A DNA stretch of 64,000 nucleotides from Ranitomeya imitator (lineage: Eukaryota): assembly GCF_032444005.1 (NCBI RefSeq), contig NC_091288.1, positions 212,226,001 to 212,290,000 on the forward strand, read 5' to 3'. How positions within the stretch are numbered: position 1 is the stretch's first letter; every line of letters begins with the position of its first letter. The notes beneath the pieces were generated by a model, which was given only the letters and a program-made list of their open reading frames with translations, ran no database searches and was not told where the DNA came from. The translations under genes and the position numbers were made by a program. Shown one piece after another: positions 45,211 through 58,319 of the stretch.

Positions 45211-45414
45211 AGCTTTCGCTTTACCTCAGTAGCAGTGTAAGAAGTAGTGAGTGAGGCAGCGGTCTCCTTGCTCCGGTCGCTGTTGTAGTGTGTGAGTATC
45301 GGAGTCGTATCGCGATATGCACACTGTCGCAATCAGTCACAGAGGATGGTGTATAGTATTCTTCATACACTGCGTCATAGTGTTCTTGCTGTTTGTACAG
45401 CCGTATTATTTCAT

Positions 45415-45782
45415 CACTGTCAATGTTCACAATGGGCGTTTTTGCTGCTTTTTTTTACAGCACCAGCAACGCCTATGAGATTTCAGAATTCTCATGCGCA
45501 CACGTATTTTTTTTTTGTCAGCAGGATTTTGTTTTTGCTGCTCTTTTTGGACACAGGGCATGTCACTACTTTCAGCAGTTTTCACCCATTGTCTTGAATG
45601 GGCGTTGAAAATACGCAGGTATCGTTATTTGCAGCGTTTGGACATTAGCATGGACAAAGAGACACAAATACGCACCAAAAATGCACCTAAACCTGCGTTT
45701 TTGCCGCAGCTACTTTCCTGCAAAGAAATCGGGTTTTGCTGCAGAAAAAAAAGCAGCAGAAACGCCCTGTGTGAACTTAACC
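45415..45782. mobile_element. Degenerate Harbinger-type MITE
   Basis: Right end gccctgtgtgaacttaacc-TAA; left end decayed (gttcacaatgggcg). Confidence 0.45.
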
Positions 45783-45909
45783 TAAGACTGTATTATTTCA
45801 GCACTGTATGATAGTATTCTTCACTGTATGACGTTATTATTTCAGCGCTTTATGATAGTATTCTTTATATAATGTATATGACGGTATTAAGCGCTGTATG
45901 ATAGTATTA

Positions 45910-46318
45910 GGCTACTTTCACACTGGCGTTTTTTGCCAGACGTCGCAATGCGTCGTTTATGGCAAAAAACGCATCCTGCAAAGTTTTTTGCAGGATGCGT
46001 TTTTGCCCCATAGATTAACATTAGCGACGCTTTGCCACACGTCGCAACCGTCGTGCGACAGTTGCGCCGTGTTGTGGCGGACCGCCGGGAGCAAAAAACG
46101 TTACATGTAACGTTTTTTGCTCCTGACGGACCGCTTTTTCCGACCGCGCATGCGCGGCCGGAACTCCACCCCCACCTCCCCGCACCTCACAATGGGGCAG
46201 CGGATGCGCCAGAGAATGCATCCGCTGCCTCCGTTGTGCGGCGGAGACAACGCTAGCGTCGGAATCTCGGCCCGACGCACTGCGACGGGGAGATTCCGAC
46301 GCTAGTGTGAAAGTAGCC
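45910..46318. mobile_element. PIF/Harbinger-type MITE (409 bp)
   Basis: TIR ggctactttcacact...agtgtgaaagtagcc, TTA on both flanks. Confidence 0.85.
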
Positions 46319-46419
46319 TTACTTGTATACTGACTGGTGGTATTATGTGAGCACTGTATGATAATCATTATACACTGTACAGCGGTATTATGTGAGCACT
46401 GTATAATACTATTATATAC

Positions 46420-49400
46420 TGCATGACGGTATTATTTCAGCACTGTATGATAGTATTATCTGTGCACTGTGTGATAGTATTCTTTGCACGCTGTATAGTG
46501 GTATGTGAGCACTGTATGATAGTATTCTTTGCACACTGTATAGTGGTATATGAGCACTGTATGATAGTATTATTTGTACACTGTATAGTGGTATATGAGC
46601 ACTGTATGATAGTATTCTTTGTACACTGTATAGTGGTATGTGAGCACTGAATGATAGTATTCTTTGCACACTGTATAGTGGTATGTGTGCACTGTATGAT
46701 AGTATTCTTTGTACACTGTATAGTGGTATGTGTGCACTGTATGATAGTATTTGCACACTGTATAGTGGTATGTGAGCACTGTATGATAGTATTCTTTGTA
46801 CACTGTATAGTGGTATGTGAGCACTGTACGATAGTATTCTTTGTACACTGTATAGTGGTATGTGAGCACTGAATGATAGTATTCTTTGCACACTGTATAG
46901 TGGTATGTGTGCACTGTATGATAGTATTCTTTGTACACTGTATAGTGGTATGTGTGCACTGTATGATAGTATTTGCACACTGTATAGTGGTATGTGAGCA
47001 CTGTATGATAGTATTCTTTGTACACTGTATAGTGGTATGTGAGCACTGTATGATTGTATTCTTTGCACACTGTATAGTGGTATGTGAGCACTGTATGATA
47101 GTATTCTTTGTACACTGTATAGTGGTATGTGAGCACTGTACGATAGTATTCTTTGTACACTGTATAGTGCTATGTGAGCACTGTATGATAGTATTCTTTG
47201 TACACTGTATAGTGCTATATGAACACTGTATGATAGTATTCTTTGCACACTGTATAGTGGTATGTGAGCACTGTATGATAGTATTTGTACACTGTATAGT
47301 GGTATGTGAGCACTGTATGATTGTATTCTTTGCACACTGTATAGTGGTATGTGAGCACTGTATGATAGTATTCTTTGTACACTGTATAGTGGTATGTGTG
47401 CACTGTATGATAGTATTTGCACACTGTATAGTGGTATGTGAGCACTGTATGATAGTATTATTTGTACACTGTATAGTGGTATATGAGCACTGTATGATAG
47501 TATTTGTACACTGTATAGTGGTATGTGTGCACTGTATGATAGTATTCTTTGTACACTGTATAGTGGTATATGAGCACTGTATGATAGTATTTGTACACTG
47601 TATAGTGGTATGTGAGCACTGTATGATAGTATTCTTTGCACACTGTATAGTGGTATGTGAGCACTGTATGATAGTATTCTTTGCACACTGTATAGTGGTA
47701 TATGAGCACTGTATGATAGTATTCTTTGCACACTGTATAGTGGTATGTGTGCACTGTATGATAGTATTCTTTGTACACTGTATAGTGGTATGTGTGCACT
47801 GTATGATAGTATTTGCACACTGTATAGTGGTATGTGAGCACTGTATGATAGTATTCTTTGTGCACTGTATAGTGGTATGTGTGCACTGTATGATAGTATT
47901 TGCACACTGTATAGTGGTATGTGAGCACTGTATGATAGTATTCTTTGTACACTGTATAGTGGTATGTGAGCACTGTATGATGGTATTCTTTGTACACTGT
48001 ATAGTGGTATGTGAGCACTGTATGATAGTATTATTTGTACACTGTATAGTGGTATATGAGCACTGTATGATAGTATACTTTGTACACTGTATAGTGGTAT
48101 GTGAGCACTGTATGATAGTATTTGTACACTGTATAGTGGTATATGAGCACTGTATGATAGTATTCTTTGTACACTGTATAGTGGTATATGAGCACTGTAT
48201 GATAGTATTATTTGTACACTGTATAGTGGTATATGAGCACTGTATGATAGTATACTTTGTACACTGTATAGTGGTATGTGAGCACTGTATGATAGTATTT
48301 GTACACTGTATAGTGGTATGTGAGCACTGTATGATAGTATTCTTTGTACACTGTATAGTGGTATATGAGCACTGTATGATAGTATTATTTGTACACTGTA
48401 TAGTGGTATATGAGCACTGTATGATAGTATACTTTGTACACTGTATAGTGGTATGTGAGCACTGTATGATAGTATTTGTACACTGTATAGTGGTATATGA
48501 GCACTGTATGATAGTATTCTTTGCACACTGTATAGTGGTATGTAAACACTGTATGATAGTATTTTCACACTGTATAGTGGTATGTGAGCACTGTATGATA
48601 GTATTCTTTGCACACTGTATAGTGGTATGTGAGCACTGTATGATTGTATTCTTTGCACACTGTATAGTGGTATGTGAGCACTGTATGATAGTATTCTTTG
48701 CACACTGTATAGTGGTATGTGAGCACTGTATGATAGTATTCTTTGTACACTGTATAGTGGTATGTGTGCACTGTACGATAGTATTCTTTGTACACTGTAT
48801 AGTGGTATGTGAGCACTGTATGATAGTATTCTTTGTACACTGTATAGTGGTATGTGTGCACTGTATGATAGTATTCTTTGCACACTGTATAGTGGTATGT
48901 GAGCACTGTATGATAGTATTCTTTGCACACTGTATAGTGGTATGTGAACACTGTATGATAGTATTCTTTGTACACTGTATAGTGGTATGTGTGCACTGTA
49001 TGATCGTATTCTTTGCACACTGTATAGTGGTATGTGTGCTGTGCACTGTATGATTGTATTCTTTGCACACTGTATAGTGGTATGTGTGCACTGTATGATA
49101 GTATTTGCACTCTGTATAGTGGTATGTGTGCACTGTATGATAGTATTCTTTGCACACTGTATAGTGGTATGTGTGCTGTGCACTGTATGATTGTATTCTT
49201 TGCACACTGTATAGTGGTATGTGTGCACTGTATGATAGTATTTGCACTCTGTATAGTGGTATGTGAGCACTGTATGATAGTATTCTTTGCACACTGTATA
49301 GTGGTATGTGAGCACTGTATGATAGTATTCTTTGTACACTGTATAGTGGTATGTGTGCACTGTATGATAGTATTCTTTGCACACTGTATAGTGGTATGTG

Positions 49401-49470
49401 AACACTGTATGATAGTATTTGCACACTGTATAGTGGTATGTGAACACTGTATCATAATCATTATACACTG
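46420..49470. repeat. 45/42-bp satellite (cactgtatgatagtattctttgtacactgtatagtggtatgtgag)n
   Basis: About 69 copies; unit lengths divisible by 3 explain the ~1000-aa ORFs. Confidence 0.97.
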
Positions 49471-49599
49471 TATAGCAGTATTATTGGAGTATTATTAGTT
49501 AAGTCACTGTGTACGATTTATGAATATATCTTTAAGGGGTGAGGGACCAGGAAGAATAGGTCATTAGTAATGTTCATGTGATTATTTATTTTTTTTACC

Positions 49600-50580
49600 C
49601 TATTTTGAGCTGTTCCTGGCAGAACGCACTCTTTTTCCATGTCTAGATTTCTGTTTCCTCTTTATCTGTAGTTTTGCTGAGGAGCGGCACAGCAGGAGGT
49701 CCGCGTCTCCCCTGCCTCTCCCAAAACACAAGGAGCAGATTTCCCAACCAGTGGAATGTGATTTCTCCATCCCCATTATCCCTCTTTCGTGAGCGAAGTC
49801 CTCCATTCCTCAACTGATCAGCAGCTGCGTTGTGACCTGGTGGTCCCGGCTGTGCAGACCCCGCAGCATTGGTACTTCCCTAGAAACACAACTCAGTTAT
49901 TGACTTTGTGAGTTATTATAACTTGTTTTGCTCCTGCAATACATTACAGGGCCACGTACTATGCATTCATCTGTAAGTGAAGGGTCGCTCCACCTCTGGA
50001 CGGACACTAAACCAGCAAAAAAAAAAAAAAACAGACCACACAGCAAACCAGCAGACACTGAACTCCGCTTTGGAGGTGAAATTGGTAAAATTGTAAATTC
50101 AGCTTTGGCTGTGATTGGAGTGAAAGACATGATGATACAGTGTGAGAAAAGGATCGAGCAGTCGGCATTTAACGTCCGTCTCGGCTCCTGTCTTCATTCA
50201 CTTTCTCCATTGCATTCATCCTCTGATACCACTCCACCAACAGCTCATTGTGCCCATGCAGTAGCTCGGTGAGAGCTGCCGCCTTGTGGGCAAGCTGGGT
50301 ACTGCTGAATTTACCCTTCCTGGGCCCGCTGACCCTGTGGGCACACATCATCTTCTCGGAGGAATTTTTGCTCTTTTCTTGATGATTCTTCTTCGTATGT
50401 GTTCTGTCTGCCCATTCTGTTTCGTGTGCATCCTCCATGGTTTTTACCCTGGCTCTCATTATTTCCACGCGTTTCTCGATCTGGTCGATCCGATCTGGCA
50501 CCTGGATAGCAATGTCCCTCATCTTGGCTTTCAGGTCTGAAAAATAATCAATCATGTGGATTATATACTTTCCAATAGTC
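49600..50580 (-). mobile_element. Possible decayed L1-type ORF1 remnant
   Basis: Coiled-coil-like DLKAKMRD...IDQIEKRVEIM and EDRSR followed (after a frameshift) by DVKCR, resembling the EDRSRRNNxRIxG motif of L1 ORF1p. Heavily disrupted; recognition is tentative. Confidence 0.3.
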
Positions 50581-51544
50581 ATGCAAAATAGATGGCAAAG
50601 GGGTGGTTATAAATTTTCATAACTGGATGTTAAAATATTTTTTGGGGACTGGTCCAAAATGATCCTGTAATACTTGTTATTACTACACGAAACAACCTAA
50701 AATGTCATATCAGATCTCTAAACACGGTCTTACCCTATATGCAGAAAAATCTAATTACCAATGCTGACTGAATGGCGGGCATCATGTGACCGCCACCAGT
50801 AACTTCCCCTGTGTACAGCACAAGGACTATCCAGTTTTCGCAGCTGTTATCGTCAGCTACTTTTCCCTATGAGGATGAGGGACTTGTTAAAATTTGCATA
50901 AAAATGGGTGTTTCTGCATAGATTAGGACTTTAGCGGGCACAAATGGGGTGGAGCTTAACGTTTTATTGTCACTTCCTGTGTCCAGTTTTGTGATGGGGG
51001 TGGAAAATTTAAGTTGCACCTTGGCAGGAAGCTGCAGACGTCCTCATCATCCTCTTCATCGTCCTCCACATTTCATCTTGATCTTTCTGGAATTTACGAA
51101 ACTGAAACCATAATTCAAGCAGATCAATGTGCAACCGGGGACGCAGCCTGCGACAAAACCGAACACCGCAGAGTAATCAGGAGCTACAGGGAAAGGTCTG
51201 CAGATAAGGAAATAACCAGCCGCGAGATTTGCACAGCTGACGGCAACAGCTGGCTGAGTCCTACGTCGCCTCTGCATCCATGGGCATGCCAAATGCGTAA
51301 CGTACACCTGGCTGCCACTTTGGCAAATATTACTCATGCCCACAGGGACGTGATAACATCATTAGTGGGACGATTAAGCGGCGCGCCTTTGACTAGTCAT
51401 CATCCACTGGTCACCAGTTATAAAAACCTTTTGGCATATGTAGAAATCAATAAGGCAGTATAATAGGCTTGTTAGGCAATAGTGGTAGCAATAAATGCAT
51501 GGCAGCGGTTAAGGGGCCTGGGAAAGCTATCATGTTCCCTTTAA

Positions 51545-52500
51545 GCCTTTCATGACCTTGCGATTTTTCATTCTTTGCGCTTTTGTTTTTTCCTCTCCTT
51601 CTTCCAAGAGATGTAAGGTTTTTTTTATTTTTGGGTCTCCATAGCCGTATGAGGGCTTGTTTTTTTTGCGCAACAAGTTTTACTTTTGAATGAAACCATT
51701 CATTTTATTATGTGCTGCAAAATAAAGCGGGAAAAATTCCACCTGCGTTGAAATTGCAGAAAAAAATTGATATGTCACCATTGTTTTTTGAGGGTTTTAT
51801 TTACCTTGTACACTATATGGTAAAAATATAATTCTCCAGGTTAGTATGACTACGAAGATACCAAACGTGTCTTTTTTTTTTTTTTTTTTAAGTGATGAAG
51901 AAAAATTCAAACATTTCTAAGAAAAAAATTAGCTTCTGCCACCCTTTTTCCAAGACGTTTTCAGGGTATTTGGGGCTTGATGAGGGCTTATCTTTTGCGT
52001 GCCGATCTGATGTTTTTATTGATATCATTTTGGGGTAGATACGTTCTTTTGATCACCTATTATTGCATTGTTGCACCTGCCAAACAAAAGTAATTCTTTT
52101 GCATTGATTATTTTTCTTGTTACGCTGTGTACCCATCAGATTAATTTATTTTATATTTTGTTAGACTGGACTTTTACGAGCTCAGCGATACCAAATATGT
52201 TTATTTTGTTTTTATTTTTTTCGTAAAGTTTTTAATTTTACGGTGTTTAATAGTCCCTTTAGGAGACTTGAGGGTGCGATCTTCCCATCACCTGTGCTAC
52301 ACATAGCAGGGCATTAACAAGAGGATTGTAATGACAGGCATGGTGGTCATCAGCAGACCCCCGGCTGTCATGACACTCCATCGGTTCCCTGGGATCACGT
52401 GACAGGGGCACGATGGGTGGGATGAATGACGAGCTTCCAGCTGGCGCGTGTTAAATCCTGTAGTCCCCCGGCTGTTGAAGGCACATGACGGATGACGTTA
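51545..52500. mobile_element. Old copy of the piggyBac-type family seen at 5740..7015
   Basis: Starts TTAA-gcctttcatgaccttgcgattttt (compare TTAA-ccccttcatgaccttgggattttt), with shared internal blocks; right end approximate. Confidence 0.5.
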
Positions 52501-52696
52501 ACAAATCTAATATTATGATGAGTGTGATATTCCCATGGTAAAGTTGTACAAAGGGTCATAAAATCTGTCGAGGCAAATAAGAACTCAGAAAAAAATGGGA
52601 AGATCCCTGGGACTACTGAGCGGGACAATCCTGACACCTCCGCCTGGTGAGCCTGAGCTTCAAAGGATGAGAAGATGGTCCTATATCTCCCATTTA

Positions 52697-53010
52697 GGCT
52701 ATGTGCACACGTTCAGGTTTTTTCGCGATAGGATGCATATGTATGCGTTTTTATCATTTACAATGCATTCTGCAATTTTTGTGCAATGATGCGTTTTTTT
52801 TTTCCCGCGAAAAAAAAACGCATTGCGGTAAAAAAAAGCATGTTCATTAATTTTGCTGATTTTTTTTTTTTGCGTTTTTCCTGCTATTTAATGCATTGGA
52901 AAAAAAAGCGCATAAAAAACGCAATAAAAACGCATGCGGATTTCTGGCAGAAATGTCCGGTTTTTGTCAAGAAATTTCTGCAAAGAAATCCTGAACGTGT
53001 GCACATACCC
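52697..53010. mobile_element. PIF/Harbinger-type MITE (314 bp)
   Basis: TIR ggctatgtgcacacgttcagg...cctgaacgtgtgcacataccc, TTA on both flanks. Confidence 0.85.
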
Positions 53011-53302
53011 TTACTCTAGGAAGCGGGGATGGAAGGATATAAACTACTTAATATTCAATCTACTTGCCTCATGAGCTTACTGTCCAGCTACAGACCAATT
53101 AAGATAAGCCGTCCCGAAAAAAGTCCAGGACTATGGATAAAAAAATCCATAATTTCCCCTACCCTCGAGGAACAGAACAACTTTAGACGGACGCGTCAGG
53201 TATTTTTCTGTCTGTTTAATTTATAACTGTGTCGCCTTATCTTCCTTTCATTAATTATCTTGTAAGCATTGTACTTTTTACTTTTTTTTTTTTTTTTATT
53301 AA

Positions 53303-53928
53303 ACGGAATCTGTCACCCCAAAATTCGGCTATAAGCTAAGGCCACCGGCATCAGGGGCTTATCTACAGCATTCTGTAATGCATTCTGTAATGCTGTAGAT
53401 AAGTCCCCCCCCATGTAACCTGCCAGATAAGAAAAATAGGTTAGATTATACTCACCCAGGGGCGGTTCGGTTCTGGTCCGATGGGTGTCGCGGTCCGGGT
53501 CTGGCTCCTCCCATCTTCATACAATGACGTCCTCTTATTTGCTTCATGCCGCAGCTCCTGCGCAGGCATACTCTATCTGCCCTGTTGAGGACAGAGCAAA
53601 GTACTGCAGTGCGCAGGCGCCGGAAAAGGTCAGTGAGGCCCAGCACCTGCGCACTGCAGTACTTTGCTCTGCCCTCAACAGGACAGAAAAGTACGCCTGC
53701 GCAGGAGCTGCAGCAGGAAGAAAAGAAGAGGACGTCATCGTATGAAGATGGGAGGCGCCGGACCTGAACCGGGACCGCCCCTGGGTGAGTATAATATAAC
53801 CTGTTTTTCTTATCTTTCAGGATACATTGGGGGGAGGGCTTATCTACAGCATTACAGAATGTTGTAGAAAAGCCCCTGATGCTGGTAGCCTTAGCTTATA
53901 GGCGAATTTTGGGGGTGACAGGTTCCCT
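53303..53928. mobile_element. Palindromic Kolobok/T2-type MITE (~626 bp)
   Basis: TTAA-flanked; ggaatctgtcacccca...gggggtgacaggttccct; the two halves are long inverted repeats centred near 53630. Confidence 0.8.
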
Positions 53929-53943
53929 TTTAAACTTTAAGTT

Positions 53944-54203
53944 TAACATAGTAACATAGTAACATAGTTAGTAAGGCCGAAAAAAGACATTTGTCCATCC
54001 AGTTCAGCCTATATTCCATCATAATAAATCCCCAGATCTACGTCCTTCTACAGAACCTAATAATTGTATGATACAATATTGTTCTGCTCCAGGAAGACAT
54101 CCAGGCCTCTCTTGAACCCCTCGACTGAGTTCGCCATCACCACCTCCTCAGGCAAGCAATTCCAGATTCTCACTGCCCTAACAGTAAAGAATCCTCTTCT
54201 ATG
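53944..54203 (-). mobile_element. 260-bp CR1 3' fragment, identical by eye to the 3' end of the 39171..40684 copy
   Basis: Reverse complement of about 40425-40684, including the (CTATGTTA)3 tail. Confidence 0.92.
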
Positions 54204-56013
54204 AGTATACAAGGACTACAAGTTTAGTCCTTGTATACTCCAAAAAATGTTTGTTTGAGGAATGGTGGCAGATCCTGGTGTATGCATGGTGTGTGGACTG
54301 TGTTGGGGTGTGATTTTTATACCCCTTTTGCATCCTTACTGGAAGGTGAGTGAGCATAGATAGATTAACCCCGTGCAGTCGTAGCCACGTCACATCATGA
54401 GAAGTGATTATGTGACTCCCTTCCCAACCAAAGTTTGGTTAGTTGCATTGAATGGTACCTCTGTCATCCAGAATTAAAGGACTTTCAGCTTTGAGTCATT
54501 ACCTTGATTCGTGGTAAGTATATTTTTGGTTCGTTCTTCTTTATTATGATTCTGTAGGTTGCCCAGTGAAGGATCGGCAGGACCAAAGGAATGATATTGG
54601 GCTGTTTCCTTGTCCTCCTGGGTTAACATCCTCTTATCAGTGCCCTAGCTACAATTATCACACACTTTGTTCAGACTGATCATAACTTATGGCTTGGACA
54701 TACCTTAATTAGAAGTCACAAATTTGCTGGAAGCAAATGCTCACTGCTCATCATATCTTCATACATACAAACATAGAGACCCTTTAATCAATGTACTAAT
54801 GCCCAGTGTTTGGAAGACAAAGCACAATGCCAGATCTGTACAATTGCTAGCCCACCCATCACGTCTCCTTTAAGATAATGCTGCCCCTTTATATGGTCAT
54901 TGGGTATTAATGTAACCTCAGTTGGCTGCTACCATGCATAGACCTAAAGATTTACAAAGTCTGACATCACCAGAATCTGTTTCTCACCTGTTTGATAAGC
55001 TCAAACCTCCATCCTTGGAAGCTTGGTTGGTTCACCACCTGAAGAGCCCTGTCAACTTCTTTTTTTTTTTTTTATGTCCTCACCCTGGAGATCCATATTT
55101 AGCAATGGCCACCCAACATTCCCCAAAGACAAGCCACAACCAAGACAGAAGAAAATGGCAAGTAAATTCCTCTGTGTGTCCATAACGGCTTCTGAACCAC
55201 CAGCTCGGTCTTGTAAAAGACGTCTTCATGGCCTAACAGTCCTGGAGCCAGTTGTAATCCGAGCACCTCCTCACTGGCTCAATTTGTTATTCTTAAGTTA
55301 TTTAAAGTTCTCAACCAAATGACACTGTAACTTCTCTACACTTGAGTAAACTTTCTCCAAACACCAACAGTTCTGTCTTGAAAGGGTCAAGTTGTCATAA
55401 ATCGCAAAAAGAATCCACCAGTTCATAGGGTTTTCCATCTTTGAAACCATCAATCTGATATGTAATTTTGTAGAAAGGCCATGAGATATGGCTAGAGAAG
55501 ATGACTCCACCAAAAGGGCCTCCAACAAGAGGTCCTTCACCCCTTGAGAAGCATGACGGAACCGTTAGGCAACTTTATTTTTCCATACAATTTCAACTGG
55601 TGAAATTCAATAATGAGCTATAGTTTTAGCGAACTAATCGCAAACCACAATCGTCTGGACAGAAGTGGATGTAACTTGTTTTATTGAATCTTCAATATTT
55701 TTCTTCAAGAAAATTATTTCTTTTAAGAACATTCGCGGAATTGTGTGTTCATCAACCGGTTTAATTGAACATGTATAGTTAGGCATCTTCGTAACGATCA
55801 TTAGCTCAATGGTTCTTCAATCATCAACCTACTTTTATGTGATGTTGAGTGGCCACCATTAATGGTATTGAATGGACGTTTGGTTTGGATCATATATGTT
55901 CTTGTTGACCGTTGCATAGCAAAAGACACCTTGAAGCTCTTCCATCTTCTCAAAAGGAAAGCTTAAAATTAGGGTCTGGAGCTCCATGAGCCTAAAGCTA
56001 GCTGTACTCAAGT

Positions 56014-56331
56014 AGGTCGGCCATACACATTAGTTGGTTGTTGGCTGTCAGCAAAGCAATCTTTCGACCATCTTAGCGGACTCTCCCTCACACAGGAGTG
56101 CTCGTTTGTCGAACGTTCCTGTATCTCTTTGAGAAAGCCGTGGACTGACACGTTGGCTAGCTGATTTATCTCAGGGACAGCAATGCAATCGGTAGTTCAA
56201 AATTGGACACGCGTGATCGGCATCCCTCACAACCATCATTTGGCCAGTGCCTGCAAACACATTAGACCATCTGCCGAACCTGTCGATATCAGCAGGTTCG
56301 GCCGACAAAAGTCTAATGTGTATGGACAGCT
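56014..56331. mobile_element. MITE with ggccatacacattag...ctaatgtgtatgg termini
   Basis: Terminal inverted repeats; related shorter relics near 56380-56525 and 58692-58775. Confidence 0.55.
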
Positions 56332-57678
56332 TTAGTCTAAAGTTGATCAAAACAGACAATCTTCTGTCCTTCTATACTGGAAGACACTTAGGCATTAAAC
56401 ATTTGTGGCTGCTTTAATGGCCAGTATTAACAAAAATGATATTGGTTGCATCGGGAAAGAAGCATTCAATAGACGAATGTTCATTCAACCATTGACCGGC
56501 CTATAGATAATGTGTACGGCCACCTTACCACAGTGCAGATGTATGGTCACACAAAGTGTACACCTGACATGGGCAGTTTTGGTGACCATAACCCTAAGCC
56601 ATTGGCCAGTTGATAATTGAACTTTCTTCCATATTGAATTGCCATTAGAAGTCTTCGGAACGGAGCTTTGGCGTCAGTCTTCATCCAATATTTCCAAGAC
56701 CATTAAAAGATACGCAAATTAAAAACAAGCTTAAACATATCTAGACCAAGCATGAAAGCAAATAGTGATTCTTACATACAAGATGGAGAAATTGTATTTC
56801 TATTCTTAGCATTGATAAAACTTGCATACTACAGTATATGTAATAAATGACAAACGCAGCAATTGCACATTATACAGGAGTTCTGCAGAATGATAATGGG
56901 CCAGAAGGTTCCATAAGTCCAGCATATTGCAAGTTCTGTACTGCCATCTATAGGTGTTGGGTATAAATACACAATCTGACATGTCCACGGTTTGACTTTG
57001 GTGGCCAATGAGAAGATTAACTATGCGCAGGATAGGTATTAAATATATGATTGATGGGGATCCAACCTTTGTCCCTCATTTTTAAGGTGCTACCTCTCCA
57101 TTCTGTTCATCAGACTGACTGACGGAGATAACTGAGTCTATCCAAATAATGGATACAAAAGCTCTGTGTTTGTGATCGGTGGTAGATCCCAGTGGTGAGA
57201 CCCTCCACAGTCATATATTTATCAGGTTAATAGGCGATTAATTGTTCTTTTGTCAACCACAACCTTTAAGAAGTCTATAGACTTTTGATGGTGCCCTATT
57301 GTGACATACTTTATATTTTTGGGGTCAAAAGGAGGAACTGTAGACCCTCTGGAGACAATGACTTTAAGGCTTCACAATATCATTGTAAAGAAGTAAGACT
57401 ATTTGTAAACAACCAAAAAGGAAGTACGTGATCCCCCTCCACGGTCAGCTTCTGATGGGGTTGTCCTGTGCTGGACTTCTTGGGCTTGATGGTAGCTGTC
57501 TGCAGTTGTCATGTCATAATTGGGCCCATTGCAGGATCTTCTAGTGAACAAGCTAAATATACTGATACATTTTTGGTTATTGGTCACTACTAATAGTCCA
57601 TGTAACGTGCCCACAGCTGTCCCATAAATAATTATCCAATATAGAAGCAATCCCCTATTTACACAATGTCTTGAAAGT

Positions 57679-58319
57679 CTACACACAGTGCTCAAGACAG
57701 GTACAGTCCACCCGCTCCACTGAACCATGAAGAGAAGAGGCATCAGCTATGGTTAAGATGGTTCCTCTCGGCAAGCCTTTCCCAGTGGCAATGCCAGATA
57801 CTTCTCCAGGTGTTAAGGCTCTATTCCACATAGCAAATCCTGCCAAGTGTCCAACAAAAGCCTCTGTGCTGTCAAAGCCACCACCCAAGATGTCCTGCTC
57901 TTGGCCAAGAACCAAAGATCCTCCAGGAGGGATCTCGTAACCTTTCTGAAATCTAGAGCCAGTGGAAATTAACCTGCGGTCAACAAAGAACCAGTATTTG
58001 CCCTGGATAGAGGACCATATGAAGCACGTATGATGCCAGCTGCCATCTGCAAGTGGGACAACAGGGAGCTCTCGGAAGGCTGGGTCTCCGATGACAAAGT
58101 GAATAGAGTCCGAGATGACACCATGTCTACCATGAAGAACCAGCTTGTTGTCATTGTCTTCTGTAGCATATGAAAGGATGGTGCCCACGTAGCTGACATT
58201 AGCCTTCACCCAGCTGCAGATGGAGAGTTCATGTAAAGGCTCCTTCAACTCCTTGCCAAATGTTGCGAAGTTCTCCGTGGAAGAATTTGGGAAAATCAGC
58301 ATTGAGTCCACGTTGCATA
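57679..58319 (-). CDS. PTX4: PTX4 exon 3 (pentraxin domain, 641 nt)
   Basis: ctcattgTAG acceptor; [11 protein letters not shown]...CTCLEHCV*. Confidence 0.95.

Noticed and set aside
46412-49468. 1018-aa, 995-aa and 726-aa ORFs
   Set aside because: Translations of a 45/42-bp satellite whose units are multiples of 3; no protein features.
51014-51463. 149-aa ORF between CLCN7 and PTX4
   Set aside because: Non-ATG start, no recognisable domain or exon structure.
55298-55560. Short minus-strand frames with protein-like composition (for example GEGPLVGGPFGGVIFSSHISWPFY)
   Set aside because: Bounded by stops, no splice signals or family that I recognise; would need BLASTx.
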